Below are positions 33,001 through 42,384 of a stretch of 64,000 nt of DNA, piece by piece (the first letter of the stretch is position 1; every line of letters begins with the position of its first letter). Under the pieces are notes generated by a model. The model was not told the origin of the DNA, made no database searches, and saw nothing but the letters and a program-made list of their open reading frames with translations. The translations under genes and the position numbers were made by a program. The stretch is from an uncultured Thermoplasmata archaeon (GTDB lineage Archaea > Thermoplasmatota > Thermoplasmata > UBA10834): assembly GCA_963719945.1 (NCBI GenBank), contig CAVRDX010000001.1, positions 32,001 through 96,000 of the forward strand. Direction: 5' to 3'.

Positions 33001-35358
33001 GTTCTGGCAAATGATCCTCCGGAATTCCAGGAGGATCCTGCAACGGTATACGGTACGACAAATGAGGCGACCTCGTTCTCCGTCGATGTAATAGATCCGA
33101 ATTCCGACACCCTGAAGTACACATGGTATTGGGGAGATGGCAAAATGTCCGTAACCTCATCACCGTCGACCACGCACACATACACAGAATCCTCGGACGA
33201 TGATGGATATGTGTATCGGGTATGGGTCGATGACGGAAAGGGATACAACATATCAGCTGCAGGGTACGCGTACATCAACGCCAAACCGATCCTGACACCA
33301 TTGTCATCGATATCGCTGAGACTGGATATCATCAAGACCTACATCGCAACTGTGACTGATCCGGATGGCGATGAGCTGGCAATCACATGGGACTTCGGCG
33401 ACTCGACTGGCTTCGTCATTGACGACGGTTCAGGCGTTACGCACACATTCGCATCGGAAGGCGTGTACACCTACCAAGTATGGGTAGATGACGGATTCCT
33501 GCCATCGCACAACGTGACCAGTTCCGCCACTTTGACCATCCTGTCATCAAGCGGGAACTATGAGCCGGAATTCACGACATATCCTGAGGACATGACAGTC
33601 TCCGTTGGCGAGACGGCTCGGTTCTATGCAGATGCGAGCGATCCAGACGAGGATGACCTGGTATACACTTGGGACTTCTATGACGATGGTAGTGTTCTGC
33701 TGGTTGGCCAGGATGTCGACTATGCTTACGACGTTATCGGGACGCACACATGCAGGGTCTACGTCGATGATGGAATGGGTCACAACGTGAGTGCCACCGC
33801 GACCATTGAAGTCCTGGCAGATGCGTCACCCGTCGCAAATGCAGGTGGGGACATGACCGTACCCGAGGACACGCTCATCATGTTCGATGGCACTGGTTCA
33901 TCTGATGATGTGGAAGTTGTCAACTGGACATGGACGATCGATGAGTTGTCGGTCACGTTGTACGGTTCGCAGCCGGAGTACGAATTCCTGGATGTCGGTA
34001 TATATACCGTGACTCTCGTGGTTCGTGACACTGCTGATCAGGAATCCGACCCTGATGTGATCACGGTGACGGTAACTGATGCAACGAACCCGGCTGCGGT
34101 CGCGGATGCTGATGACACTGATGTCGACATGGGCGATACGGTCACATTCGATGGATCTGGCTCGAGCGACAATATCGCTGTGGTCAACTGGACTTGGATT
34201 CTGGTGGATGGGGCCATCATGACCCTCTACGGTGAATCACCGTCCTACCAATTCGACACTCCTGGCACATACACAGTGACACTCGTGGTCAGAGATGCAT
34301 CGGGTCTGGAGGGCACGGACGAGATTGATATAATCGTCCGTGACACGGTAGCTCCAGTCGCAGTGGGAGAGGCGTCCGAATCCGAAGTTGACATGGGCAC
34401 AGTCGTGACCTTGGACGGTTCGGCATCCACTGACAACTATGACGATGAACTGGACTTCGTGTGGACCTTTGAGGATGGCGTGCCTATAGAGTTGACCGGT
34501 GAGTCTGTTGATTACACCTTCGAGAACGCCGGCGTCTTCGAGATAACCTTGACGGTTACCGACGATGACGGCAACAGTGACATCGCAATCGTGACCGTGA
34601 CCGTCCTGGATTCACAGTCCCCGGTCGCAGACGCTACTGCGAGCGCGACGACAGTCACAGCTGGAGCGACGGTCACATTCGATGGAACGGCTTCGACCGA
34701 CAATGTGGCTGTCGACAGCTACACCTGGACCTTCACCTACAACGGTGCTCCTGTATCGTTGGATGGTGCGACAGCCTCGTTCGAATTCGACATCGCAGGC
34801 ATCTACATCGTGACCTTGAATGTGACAGACGCCGCTGGGAACTACGATACTGCGACTGTGACGATCACTGTGCAGGCGTCCGCTACGGATGCAGCACCGA
34901 CAGCGGTTGCGGCAGTGACACCCACATCCGCGACGGTCGGGACATCGGTTACCTTCAGCAGCACTGGATCCTCCGATGATATCGGCATAGTGAACTACAC
35001 TTGGACGTTCGTGTATGAGGATGAGACAGTGACAAGATACACTGCATCGTTCTCGTTCACCTTCGATGCAGCTGGCACATACGAGGTCACCCTGACTGTC
35101 AGGGACGGTTCCGGTCAGACCGATGAGGCGACTGTAAGTGTCACGATTAATGAAGAGACCGCCGACGACGATGAGAAGACATTCATCGAGCAGTACGGTC
35201 TCCCGATCGGAATCGTGGCTGCGCTCGCGATAGTCGCTCTTCTCGCCATAATGTTCATGAAGAAGGGCAAGGGTGGCAAGTCGTCCGGTGCGAATGACTC
35301 CGGTGTTGATGGTATCGCGAATGAGGAACCAGCGCCTCCGGAAGACCAGAATCTGTGA
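30004..35358 (+). CDS. Family-5 ABC substrate-binding protein fused to about 12 PKD domains and a C-terminal TM anchor
   Basis: Signal peptide; SBP5 motifs (TLNP, GDLA..W..TPDGLTW.F, PVGSGP); 12 repeated W.(F/W)GDG or WTWT PKD cores; hydrophobic segment followed by KKGK. Confidence 0.88.
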   Translation: MMDSIGKNRSIFRARATKTLLAVVLAILMIGIPSFLTGGDAVKIVDEASAADRDRGQFVVGLSGELTISTLNPNTYTWMAEAMVIWSLYSSLLQRDVDNTIIGDLAYEWSSTPDGLTWNFKIWDNIYFCDPADPDPTDPVVKESRHLTIDDVIWSLWMYQDNDLSRLHGSMGDAVGSMEKINDYEMNLTLCKPYAPYIDIFTMPILPKYIWEDVNPQSFDNMPPVGSGPWYYATDGLPTTNTVELRRNPNWYMEENCGWQMHAEQIFIVGELEASTAWQDVKAGTIDVMLGVSPSVYVSEAESTPYVLGFAQSQGFVYEFNLNQMTDELRAQLGGTVKSGTNSQLLLIDEVKLAIAMCVDKPTFIHEVLEELGSVATSLVPDVNPWYYEYGSVEGESQIPFDPAAARDILNDAGWKYDALGKDATDTTCPLYRELPTGGYGDPLEFRFYSLNSATEWEEGARMIVNWTRDAGIKLNLELVSGTTLTNYWYAADYDIWLWDWIFGPLNDPCTGVLSVLTTDAIGIDSDVYWSNATFDAMYNESIITMDPAIRREIVDDMQRMAYENMGCQCIAFRKDLYAASTRYWSNYGDWNNTYMLLPDVTFQYLGMRIQPTDNEAPQFDGYTATLTGNMNTAITGFSATVSDDDATTPLRMKWFWGDGSSPSDVAVDETGTVSMSHTYDKDGVYTVYIAVYENGLSNGFDDGFMTWTKATVTVRDMTNGEPVIQEIIVDPADPDTGSEITFSCIATDDEDDPLYYTWNFGDGSILGGQTVTHQFVTATSFTVSVSVDDKHIGAVDRPTMGYAYVVVTSNRAPTITVPDYANKIAKQTYSYTVTASDPDSRDDLLYTWYWGDGTFSVTTTTSADHAYNSRGTYTLTVWVDDQTGLDNHNVSEWGYVSVITMSNKAPVIQDFTITDSTPAATYCGEDLVFVGLASDKDEDPLTITFEFGDGSYYVEHFAGTGSVVECSTTHSYEDAGTHTVYMHASDGAANVSSELSVVVLANDPPEFQEDPATVYGTTNEATSFSVDVIDPNSDTLKYTWYWGDGKMSVTSSPSTTHTYTESSDDDGYVYRVWVDDGKGYNISAAGYAYINAKPILTPLSSISLRLDIIKTYIATVTDPDGDELAITWDFGDSTGFVIDDGSGVTHTFASEGVYTYQVWVDDGFLPSHNVTSSATLTILSSSGNYEPEFTTYPEDMTVSVGETARFYADASDPDEDDLVYTWDFYDDGSVLLVGQDVDYAYDVIGTHTCRVYVDDGMGHNVSATATIEVLADASPVANAGGDMTVPEDTLIMFDGTGSSDDVEVVNWTWTIDELSVTLYGSQPEYEFLDVGIYTVTLVVRDTADQESDPDVITVTVTDATNPAAVADADDTDVDMGDTVTFDGSGSSDNIAVVNWTWILVDGAIMTLYGESPSYQFDTPGTYTVTLVVRDASGLEGTDEIDIIVRDTVAPVAVGEASESEVDMGTVVTLDGSASTDNYDDELDFVWTFEDGVPIELTGESVDYTFENAGVFEITLTVTDDDGNSDIAIVTVTVLDSQSPVADATASATTVTAGATVTFDGTASTDNVAVDSYTWTFTYNGAPVSLDGATASFEFDIAGIYIVTLNVTDAAGNYDTATVTITVQASATDAAPTAVAAVTPTSATVGTSVTFSSTGSSDDIGIVNYTWTFVYEDETVTRYTASFSFTFDAAGTYEVTLTVRDGSGQTDEATVSVTINEETADDDEKTFIEQYGLPIGIVAALAIVALLAIMFMKKGKGGKSSGANDSGVDGIANEEPAPPEDQNL

Positions 35359-35486
35359 ACGACGAAGGTCGAAACCATTTCCGAGAAACCTTTTCCATGA
35401 TTTTCATTTTTCTTTCTCTTCAGCGGAGCTTCCGCTCACAGAATGAGAATGCAATACAAGATCCGGAAGGGATTGTCGCAGAGGTT

Positions 35487-35858
35487 TCAGATCCCTTCTC
35501 TGTCGAGTATGTCTTCTTCCTCGAGAGGCCTGAACTCGAGCGCGACCATGGAGATCATGTCGAGTTGCAGGCTCGTGTGGAGATAATCCAGGTTCTTATC
35601 GACATGGGGTGAGGAGCTCTCCTCCTGGGACGTCTCGATCATCCTCGATAGCATCGAGTCTATCCTGTTGGATGTCCTGTGCTCACGCTTTAGAATCCCT
35701 CCGCTGAGGGTGAAGAACGATGGTCCCAGAGTATTCTTGCGTCTCTTCGCTGGATTCTCTAGAACTTCTGAGTGTCTGTCCACGATCGGCTCGTCAAGTT
35801 TCGATATAGACTCCAAATCCCATCCCTTTCCGGAGCTACCGATGTATCTATGGGTCAA
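35487..35858 (-). CDS. Hypothetical protein
   Basis: 123-aa ORF filling an otherwise empty interval; start uncertain. Confidence 0.45.
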   Translation of the reverse strand: MTHRYIGSSGKGWDLESISKLDEPIVDRHSEVLENPAKRRKNTLGPSFFTLSGGILKREHRTSNRIDSMLSRMIETSQEESSSPHVDKNLDYLHTSLQLDMISMVALEFRPLEEEDILDREGI

Positions 35859-35913
35859 TATTTATATGTTTTCAGAAATTCGCCTGGCATAGGTACATTG
35901 TTCGATGAGTCGA

Positions 35914-36345
35914 TCATTGCTCATTTTCGAGTATGTGGGTTGCTAGTCGTGTCGCTTCAATGACGTATTTCGTGCATCTATCTCTATGATCTGGTGACGT
36001 GAAGTCGCTCTTATTGAGATCCCTGCATTTGGACGATCCGAACTCCTCGATGAATCTTTTATAGAACTCCCCAGCGGGCCCGTAGCTTCTCGACCTGTCA
36101 TCTTGGGGATCGAACCTTCCACGTGCAGCGCCTATCGCCAGCAACGCACCCGTCATCGCACCGCAGAGGTCTTCCGAACGTCCTATCCCTCCCCCGAATG
36201 GTGTGGCCATCCGGAGGCACTGCTCACTGAGTTCTATATCGAGTGCGTGGCAGACTCCTCTGAGGGTTGATTCCGCGCAGTTGCATCCTTGGTTCCAACA
36301 GTCCACTGCGTGATTGATCCCGTCCTCTGAGGATCTCGTGGCCAT
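35914..36345 (-). CDS. C_GCAxxG_C_C family redox-active protein
   Basis: NCAES; FGGGIG....CGA.TG; C..L and C..YV. Confidence 0.88.
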   Translation of the reverse strand: MATRSSEDGINHAVDCWNQGCNCAESTLRGVCHALDIELSEQCLRMATPFGGGIGRSEDLCGAMTGALLAIGAARGRFDPQDDRSRSYGPAGEFYKRFIEEFGSSKCRDLNKSDFTSPDHRDRCTKYVIEATRLATHILENEQ

Positions 36346-37310
36346 CACTCCTTGAGCGGGCTCTCTTCGATGACCAGGCTTGGATCTGTCGCGTCCATCG
36401 AAGCTCTTACCCCTTCAGGAATAACGACCTTCATTGCTCCGTGGCCGCAGCAAAGACCGGAGTATGATGGGACATGGCTCAGACGACCAATTGTGTCCTG
36501 AATGACTTCCTCCAGGCTCGGTCCGGGCAGATCCCTCTTATGGAAGCTTGAGATCTGGCCGAAGATTATCCCTGCTGTCTTCTGAAGCTTTCTAGCGAGA
36601 TGCATGTGCGTAAGCATTCTTTCTATGTCATATTCTGAGACATAGACATCCTCGAGGAAGAGTATGTTCCCTTCAGTGTCGATCGAGTCTTCCGTTCCCA
36701 GCGTATGCACGATCATCGAAAGGTTGCCGCCCACTATCTTGCCGTTTACCTTCCCGGGAACGACGGTCCTCAACAACATTCCGTTCGGCGGATTGTCTAT
36801 CTTACCCCAAGGTTCAGCGCGAGATAGGAGTCCCAATGCCCGGTCGATATTTTCTTTTCCTGTCGCTGGGTCCTTCTCGGGATTGTCTCCAGCATATCCT
36901 TCGACCGAAGGGCCATGGAATGTGACTAGGCCCGTGCGTTGATGAATCGCTATGTGGAGCGTCGTGATGTCGCTGTACCCCATGAATATCTTTGGATCGC
37001 TCTTGATGATATCGAAATCGATCAGATCGAGGATGCGCATCGCGCCGTACCCACCTCGCGAGGCGAATATCGCGTCCACATCCTCGTTCGCGAACATGTC
37101 GACAAGCTCCTTCGCCCTCTGCTCGTCCGTCCCTGAGCTGAAACCTCTTCGTGTTATGTTCTTGGTGCACTCTCCGAGCACCACCTTGTAGTTGAGACTC
37201 TTAAGGTAATTGACGGCCTGTCCGAGACCGAACGGTTCAGAGAATCCTGATGGAGACACTATACCTATGGTAGCGCCTTCTGTCAACTTCGCAGGTTTGA
37301 TTATGTTCAT
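36345..37310 (-). CDS. S66 family peptidase (LD-carboxypeptidase/MccF-like)
   Basis: RGGYG; catalytic triad in GYSD.T, FLED and GH. Confidence 0.9.
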   Translation of the reverse strand: MNIIKPAKLTEGATIGIVSPSGFSEPFGLGQAVNYLKSLNYKVVLGECTKNITRRGFSSGTDEQRAKELVDMFANEDVDAIFASRGGYGAMRILDLIDFDIIKSDPKIFMGYSDITTLHIAIHQRTGLVTFHGPSVEGYAGDNPEKDPATGKENIDRALGLLSRAEPWGKIDNPPNGMLLRTVVPGKVNGKIVGGNLSMIVHTLGTEDSIDTEGNILFLEDVYVSEYDIERMLTHMHLARKLQKTAGIIFGQISSFHKRDLPGPSLEEVIQDTIGRLSHVPSYSGLCCGHGAMKVVIPEGVRASMDATDPSLVIEESPLKE

Positions 37311-37432
37311 TCGTGCTCGACTCCTGAAGCCAGGAGTGTCGAAATCACACTTAAATGGTGCGCTTGAAAATCATCAAAAATGGCTCATGATAATGTCAAA
37401 AGGGGTTTCTGGAGCCGTCTGCCTCGAATCTC

Positions 37433-37699
37433 TCAGGCGAAGGCCGCTTCTTCGAACAGTATCTCTTCAGAACTCGGTGTCGCTTCTATACCCGCCTCGA
37501 TCTCAAGAAGACTGAGCTCGATGTTTGCTTTGAGGTAGTCCAGCTCATTTATCACATCCAGGCAATCGACCTTCCCTGGTAGGAGATCGATTTCAGTGTG
37601 CAGCTGGTTTATTCTCATGCGGTTCTCCGCCAGCTTCGAGAGGATATCGAAGCTCTTTGGATCTTCCTGAGGCATTCTCAGTGTGCGGGTTCTAGACAT
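37433..37699 (-). CDS. Small acidic helical hypothetical protein
   Basis: ATG 37699 after a GAGGT-like RBS; amphipathic helical pattern. Confidence 0.5.
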   Translation of the reverse strand: MSRTRTLRMPQEDPKSFDILSKLAENRMRINQLHTEIDLLPGKVDCLDVINELDYLKANIELSLLEIEAGIEATPSSEEILFEEAAFA

Positions 37700-37842
37700 C
37701 GTGTTTCCGTTGTGGACCTCGATCTTCTGTATCGCGAGGGGCACCGCTAGCTTCCTCTTCAATTCAACATCCCATCCCGTGTATGACGATTGTCTGACAA
37801 TATCTATTTTATCGTATATATATGTTGCTGATATGGGACGGA

Positions 37843-38058
37843 TCACTTTGCGGGTGGGCCAGCTATCTGATTGGCCCTTCTCTCGAGCTCGGAGATCTTC
37901 TTCTGAAGATTCCTTATCTTCGCGTCGTAGCGGGCCACCTGCTCCCTGAGCCTAGCTGCTTTCGCCCTCAGCTTGGCAGCTTTTGCCAGCTTCCTCGTGG
38001 ATGCTTGGTAATTGTTCATCTCCGACGCGTACTTCTTAGCATCCTTGGTGGACGACAT
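37843..38058 (-). CDS. Small basic coiled-coil protein
   Basis: 71 aa, K/R/A-rich heptads. Confidence 0.6.
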   Translation of the reverse strand: MSSTKDAKKYASEMNNYQASTRKLAKAAKLRAKAARLREQVARYDAKIRNLQKKISELERRANQIAGPPAK

Positions 38059-38225
38059 GATTATCAGAATATAATGAGCGGCTTTGCTGCATATGAAGCT
38101 ATCTTCACTGGAATCACATCCAATCCCTGTGGAAAGTGAATAATACTGGATAATGATGCAAGAGACCAGATGAAAGCGTACCTCGTGGCATATGGCTGCG
38201 TCATGGACATCTGGGATGCTGAGGA

Positions 38226-39113
38226 GTGACGAGCTTGCAGCGGAAAACATTCCTGTTCATCCTCCTGGCAGTGACGGCCATCATCTGGGGTGGCGCCTTC
38301 GTCTTCGTCGATGTCGCCATCAAGGATGGCTCTTCGCCTGTAATGCTCTCGATGGCAAGGTTCGTTGTGGCATCCCTGATATTCGGAGCCTACCTTCTCA
38401 TGAGACGTCCGAGCGGCGTTGACCGTGAGGATAGGAGGAGCTTTCTGATGCTGGCGTTCATTGGCGTTGGCATATACTTCATACTTCAGTACATCGGAAT
38501 CGGTCTCGCAGGCGCCTCGATATCATCCATTCTGGTGTTCCTATTGTGCCCTGTGATGATATTCGTGCTATCCGCCCGACGTCTGGGTGAGAAGATATCG
38601 AGCGAAGAGAAGGTCGGTCTTGCCATCGCCGCATGCGGTTCCGTGCTGGTCATCACCAACGGGTCCATATCCTTCATCTCAGAATGGGAGGTGATCGTCG
38701 GTGGATTGCTGCAGGTCATATGTGCTTTCTTCTGGGCGGTGTACACAGTCGAGGGCAAGAAGGTCGTGAAGAAGTACGATCCGATCGCAAGCACAGCCTA
38801 TATCACGATAATCGGCACGCTCATGATGGTTCCGTTCGCCCTGGCCGATGCTGTGATCACGGTCCAGGCCTTCCCTCTCAGCTTCTTCGTTGCTGCGCTT
38901 TATGTCGGAGTACTGTGTACCGTGGTCGGGTATGTGTTATGGTTCAGGGCGCTGACGGGATTGGCCGCATCCGTCACGGGTGCTTCCATGTACTTCATGC
39001 CGATCGTGACGATCATCTTCGCTTGGGTATTGCTCGGTGAAACGATCGGATGGATAGCTGGCGTGGGAGGCGTGTTGACCGCAGTCGGCGTCATCATAAT
39101 CTCGAGGAAGTGA
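38226..39113 (+). CDS. DMT/EamA family transporter
   Basis: 10 TM; IWG, RF and LGE motifs in two repeats. Confidence 0.9.
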   Translation: MTSLQRKTFLFILLAVTAIIWGGAFVFVDVAIKDGSSPVMLSMARFVVASLIFGAYLLMRRPSGVDREDRRSFLMLAFIGVGIYFILQYIGIGLAGASISSILVFLLCPVMIFVLSARRLGEKISSEEKVGLAIAACGSVLVITNGSISFISEWEVIVGGLLQVICAFFWAVYTVEGKKVVKKYDPIASTAYITIIGTLMMVPFALADAVITVQAFPLSFFVAALYVGVLCTVVGYVLWFRALTGLAASVTGASMYFMPIVTIIFAWVLLGETIGWIAGVGGVLTAVGVIIISRK

Positions 39114-39183
39114 GAGCCGACTTTCAAGTTCTTTGGAAACGGTTAATATGGAAAGGCTGCAATGTAGCCGCACGGAACGCAAC

Positions 39184-39259
39184 AGCCCCGTAGTGTAGTG
39201 GTCAATCATGCGGGCCTTTGGAGCCTGTGACGGAGGTTCGAATCCTCCCGGGGCTACCA
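39184..39259 (+). tRNA. tRNA-Gln(TTG) with encoded CCA
   Basis: Acceptor AGCCCCG/CGGGGCT; anticodon arm CGGGC-CTTTGGA-GCCTG; GGTTCGAATCC. Confidence 0.97.
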
Positions 39260-39499
39260 CTCCTCTTTCTTTCTCCTCAGGCCTTCTCCCTTGGACCATC
39301 TTCCGACCACCTGGAACAACTTCGCCACTCCGACCAGGATGATGACCCATGAGACGACTATGAGAAAGAATCCCTCTGCGACGAAACCACCCTCCACAGC
39401 GTTCAACAGGAACACTCCTGTGAGTATTGCGAGGATTCCGAATACGATCCCCCACACGGCCATTGTCCTGTCCACCTTCCAATCCACAGAGTTCACCAT
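39254..39499 (-). CDS. Small 2-TM membrane protein
   Basis: ATG overlapping the end of the nitroreductase; two hydrophobic helices. Confidence 0.6.
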   Translation of the reverse strand: MVNSVDWKVDRTMAVWGIVFGILAILTGVFLLNAVEGGFVAEGFFLIVVSWVIILVGVAKLFQVVGRWSKGEGLRRKKEEW

Positions 39500-40011
39500 C
39501 TCTCTCTGTGCACGATCTCTTCGAGGGGGAGCTGCTTCCTCCGAATGCCCTTGTCCACTGGGTATCCGATCGGCATCATCGCCACAGGTCTCGCATGAGT
39601 CGGCAACCCGAGTGCCGATGATACAACACCTTCGTCGAAGGCTCCTACCCAAACGCTTCCCAGCCCCTTGCTGTGGAGGTACAAAGATAGGTTCTCAACT
39701 GCCGCAGCGACATCTTGTAAGCAATACAGTTCGCGTCCTCGCTGACCATAATGCGCAATCCTTTCCAGATTGGCACAGAACACGATGACCACCGGCGCCT
39801 TCCAGACATATTCCTGTCCGTGCGACGCCTCCATCAACCTCTTCTTTGTCTTCGAGTCTCTCACGATGATGAAGTCCCGTGCCTGCAGATTGCCCGCAGA
39901 AGGCGCTTGGTTGGCAAGTCTCAGTCCCTCAATGATGATGTTCTCATCGACCGGATCCGGCCCGAACTCCCTTATACTCCTCCTCCCTTCGATGCACTCG
40001 ACGACATCCAT
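39493..40011 (-). CDS. Nitroreductase family protein
   Basis: RRSIR.F, APSAGNLQ, GLGSVWVG, IGYP. Confidence 0.92.
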   Translation of the reverse strand: MDVVECIEGRRSIREFGPDPVDENIIIEGLRLANQAPSAGNLQARDFIIVRDSKTKKRLMEASHGQEYVWKAPVVIVFCANLERIAHYGQRGRELYCLQDVAAAVENLSLYLHSKGLGSVWVGAFDEGVVSSALGLPTHARPVAMMPIGYPVDKGIRRKQLPLEEIVHRERW

Positions 40012-40067
40012 AGGTCATCCCATCCAGAGTTATCATCGCCAACTTCTAAGTACTTTGTCTGCCGTGG

Positions 40068-40328
40068 ATGACCGAACACATGGTCGACCATGACGAAGGC
40101 TCCCAGGTCATATGCACTCTCGAACTGAGATTCAGGTCCGAGAGCGAAGCGACCAAGGTCCATAGGTCGGTCGAGCTGGACAACGAGGGCTATCTAGAAT
40201 CCGAAGTCTGCGGTGAGGTCATACGTGCCAAGATAACCGCCGAGTCGCTGAAGAGCGCCCTGCACACGCTCGATGATTTCATGTCATGTGTAAGTGTCGC
40301 AGAGAAGGTCGTGTCCCGGAAGCGTTAA
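40068..40328 (+). CDS. pcc1: KEOPS complex subunit Pcc1
   Basis: SVELDN ... I.A..L.S...TLDDF..C..VAE pattern. Confidence 0.75.
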   Translation: MTEHMVDHDEGSQVICTLELRFRSESEATKVHRSVELDNEGYLESEVCGEVIRAKITAESLKSALHTLDDFMSCVSVAEKVVSRKR

Positions 40329-42274
40329 TCGACCGATTCCTTCACGCGAACCGCGATGCCTCTTTTGAATGCCAGCATCTCGTCTCTTACCATGAGTGCT
40401 CTGCCGACCGCAGCCAATTGATCCTTGGTGTTCACGACGAAGACGGAATCCTTGATCCTGATGCCAGGGTCACAGTCGACGACGAACTTCGCGAAGACAT
40501 TGTTCCCTTTCTCTGCGAAAGTCGCAGGTTCGTCCTCCACTACTACTCTCATTGCAGGAGGTGGGAGCACGTCCATCAGCATCTTCGCTCCCTCCATCTT
40601 GGGCGTGAGCCTTCCGTCATGGGCCCTCATGGAGAATGCGTGGATGCCGTCGATTATGACGTTCCGGATCTTGCCAGTGTTCTTGGATTTGACGAACTCG
40701 ACCTTCTTGCCGATCAGGATGTCCGAGGCTCCTCTGCCGAATTGCATGTCCAGCACCGCCCTGACGCGGAGCAAGTCCATGTCGAGGTCTCCCTTTCCAG
40801 GCGCGATCTCCTCAAGGAAGTCCAATGTCTCCTGTCCTTCCCACATGACTGCCAGAGGATATCCGTGCTGGTGGGCGTGCCTCTCCATCGTGTCTCTTAT
40901 CTTCTCCTTGACCTCCTGGTCGAGGTCATCTGGGACCACGGATTGTGCAATGGGGTAGAACTCGTCCAGCTCTATGGGTGCAGGGCCGAAGAACGATGCT
41001 ACAAGGAAATTCGCATCAACCTTCGCGGAGACGCTCGCGATCTCGTTCGCGTAGTTCCTGCCATATGGTTTCCCCGCCTCTTCGAATCCGATGAGCACCT
41101 TCGCCCCAGGCTTCCTGTATCTGGTGAAGAACCTCTCCCTATATCTTTCGACGACTGGTCTATCGTAGCTTTCGGGACCGCAGTAGAAGAACGCCCCTTT
41201 CCTGCTGGTCGGCTCGAATACCTCGAGATACTTCGAGTGCTTCTTGAGTATCTTGAGGGCTGACAGGAGGGCTGGATGGGCTCTCGCACGCATCTCGACC
41301 ATCTCCCATATGGCTCCATCATGGATCGCGTTCCTGATCTTCTTGATCTCGCTCAGACTGATGGATAGATTGTGCTCCGCGAGCTTCTTTGTACGCTCTT
41401 GCGCTGACATCTGGGTCAGCTCCTTTATGGATGTCTTGGAGCATACAGGGCAATCGCATGCGAGGTCGTGCATCTCCCTTAGGAATCGCGTGCCCGTTGG
41501 ATACATCATCCTCTCCTCTCTCGCGTACTTCGCGTAAGACGCCGAGTCGAACATATCGCAGCCGAGGAGCGCCGCGAGCGGGAAGATCATCGGATGTCCC
41601 GCGCCGAACAGGTGGACCGGTCTCGATGGGTCGAGCCCCTTCTTCGATGCGATTATGATCTCAGCGATATCGGTGTACCTGTAGTTCTCAAGGAGCGGCA
41701 CCACGCCTCCGATCGGGTGCACATCGAAGTTCATTGCGGACAGCTTCTTCGCGCACTCCTCTCTCAAATCCTGATAAGTCCCTCCCTGCACTGGACCCGC
41801 AAGGAGCATGTCCCCTTTCAAAGCGACAGAATCCTCTGCCCGGCTGAGGGTCACATTGACTGCATCCTCCGTCTGTTCCCTCGAGAATGTAGGTTCTGAG
41901 AAAACGTCCAGTATCGTCCCGATGTCCGAGCCTATCGCCGACTGGAACTCTACGATCTCCCGATGGCCGACATCGACATCTCCATAGACGTAGCTCTGGA
42001 AGGTCCCGCTGTCGGTCATGATGGATCCATCGAATCCAAGGAGCTTGTGGAGCCCTTCCTTTAATGCGCGCTCCCTCAGATTTTGATCCTTCTTTATGAT
42101 GTATGAGTTGGTTATCAGTATCTCTGCCCCGAACCTCTCTTTCATGTCCACCGGCCTGATGGTCAATTGGTTCGGGTTCACCACCGGCAGCAGAGCGGGT
42201 GTGGTGACTTTTCCGTGTTTCGTGGTGAGCTCGCCTATCCGTGCGAGCCCGTCCCTGTGCTTCAGTTCGAACAT
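40325..42274 (-). CDS. tgtA: Archaeosine tRNA-guanine(15) transglycosylase
   Basis: MTDSGTFQ, VQGG, HLFGAGHP, FDSASY, CDCPVC; C-terminal PUA domain. Confidence 0.95.
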   Translation of the reverse strand: MFELKHRDGLARIGELTTKHGKVTTPALLPVVNPNQLTIRPVDMKERFGAEILITNSYIIKKDQNLRERALKEGLHKLLGFDGSIMTDSGTFQSYVYGDVDVGHREIVEFQSAIGSDIGTILDVFSEPTFSREQTEDAVNVTLSRAEDSVALKGDMLLAGPVQGGTYQDLREECAKKLSAMNFDVHPIGGVVPLLENYRYTDIAEIIIASKKGLDPSRPVHLFGAGHPMIFPLAALLGCDMFDSASYAKYAREERMMYPTGTRFLREMHDLACDCPVCSKTSIKELTQMSAQERTKKLAEHNLSISLSEIKKIRNAIHDGAIWEMVEMRARAHPALLSALKILKKHSKYLEVFEPTSRKGAFFYCGPESYDRPVVERYRERFFTRYRKPGAKVLIGFEEAGKPYGRNYANEIASVSAKVDANFLVASFFGPAPIELDEFYPIAQSVVPDDLDQEVKEKIRDTMERHAHQHGYPLAVMWEGQETLDFLEEIAPGKGDLDMDLLRVRAVLDMQFGRGASDILIGKKVEFVKSKNTGKIRNVIIDGIHAFSMRAHDGRLTPKMEGAKMLMDVLPPPAMRVVVEDEPATFAEKGNNVFAKFVVDCDPGIRIKDSVFVVNTKDQLAAVGRALMVRDEMLAFKRGIAVRVKESVD

Positions 42275-42384
42275 TTCGTCTTGATGTAACGTGAGGGTGG
42301 TAATTATGGTTTCACAGCCATCGGCGCGTTCCCTTCCAGAAAACAATTAAATATGCTCCTTCTTCTGCACTCGCCTGGAGCAAG

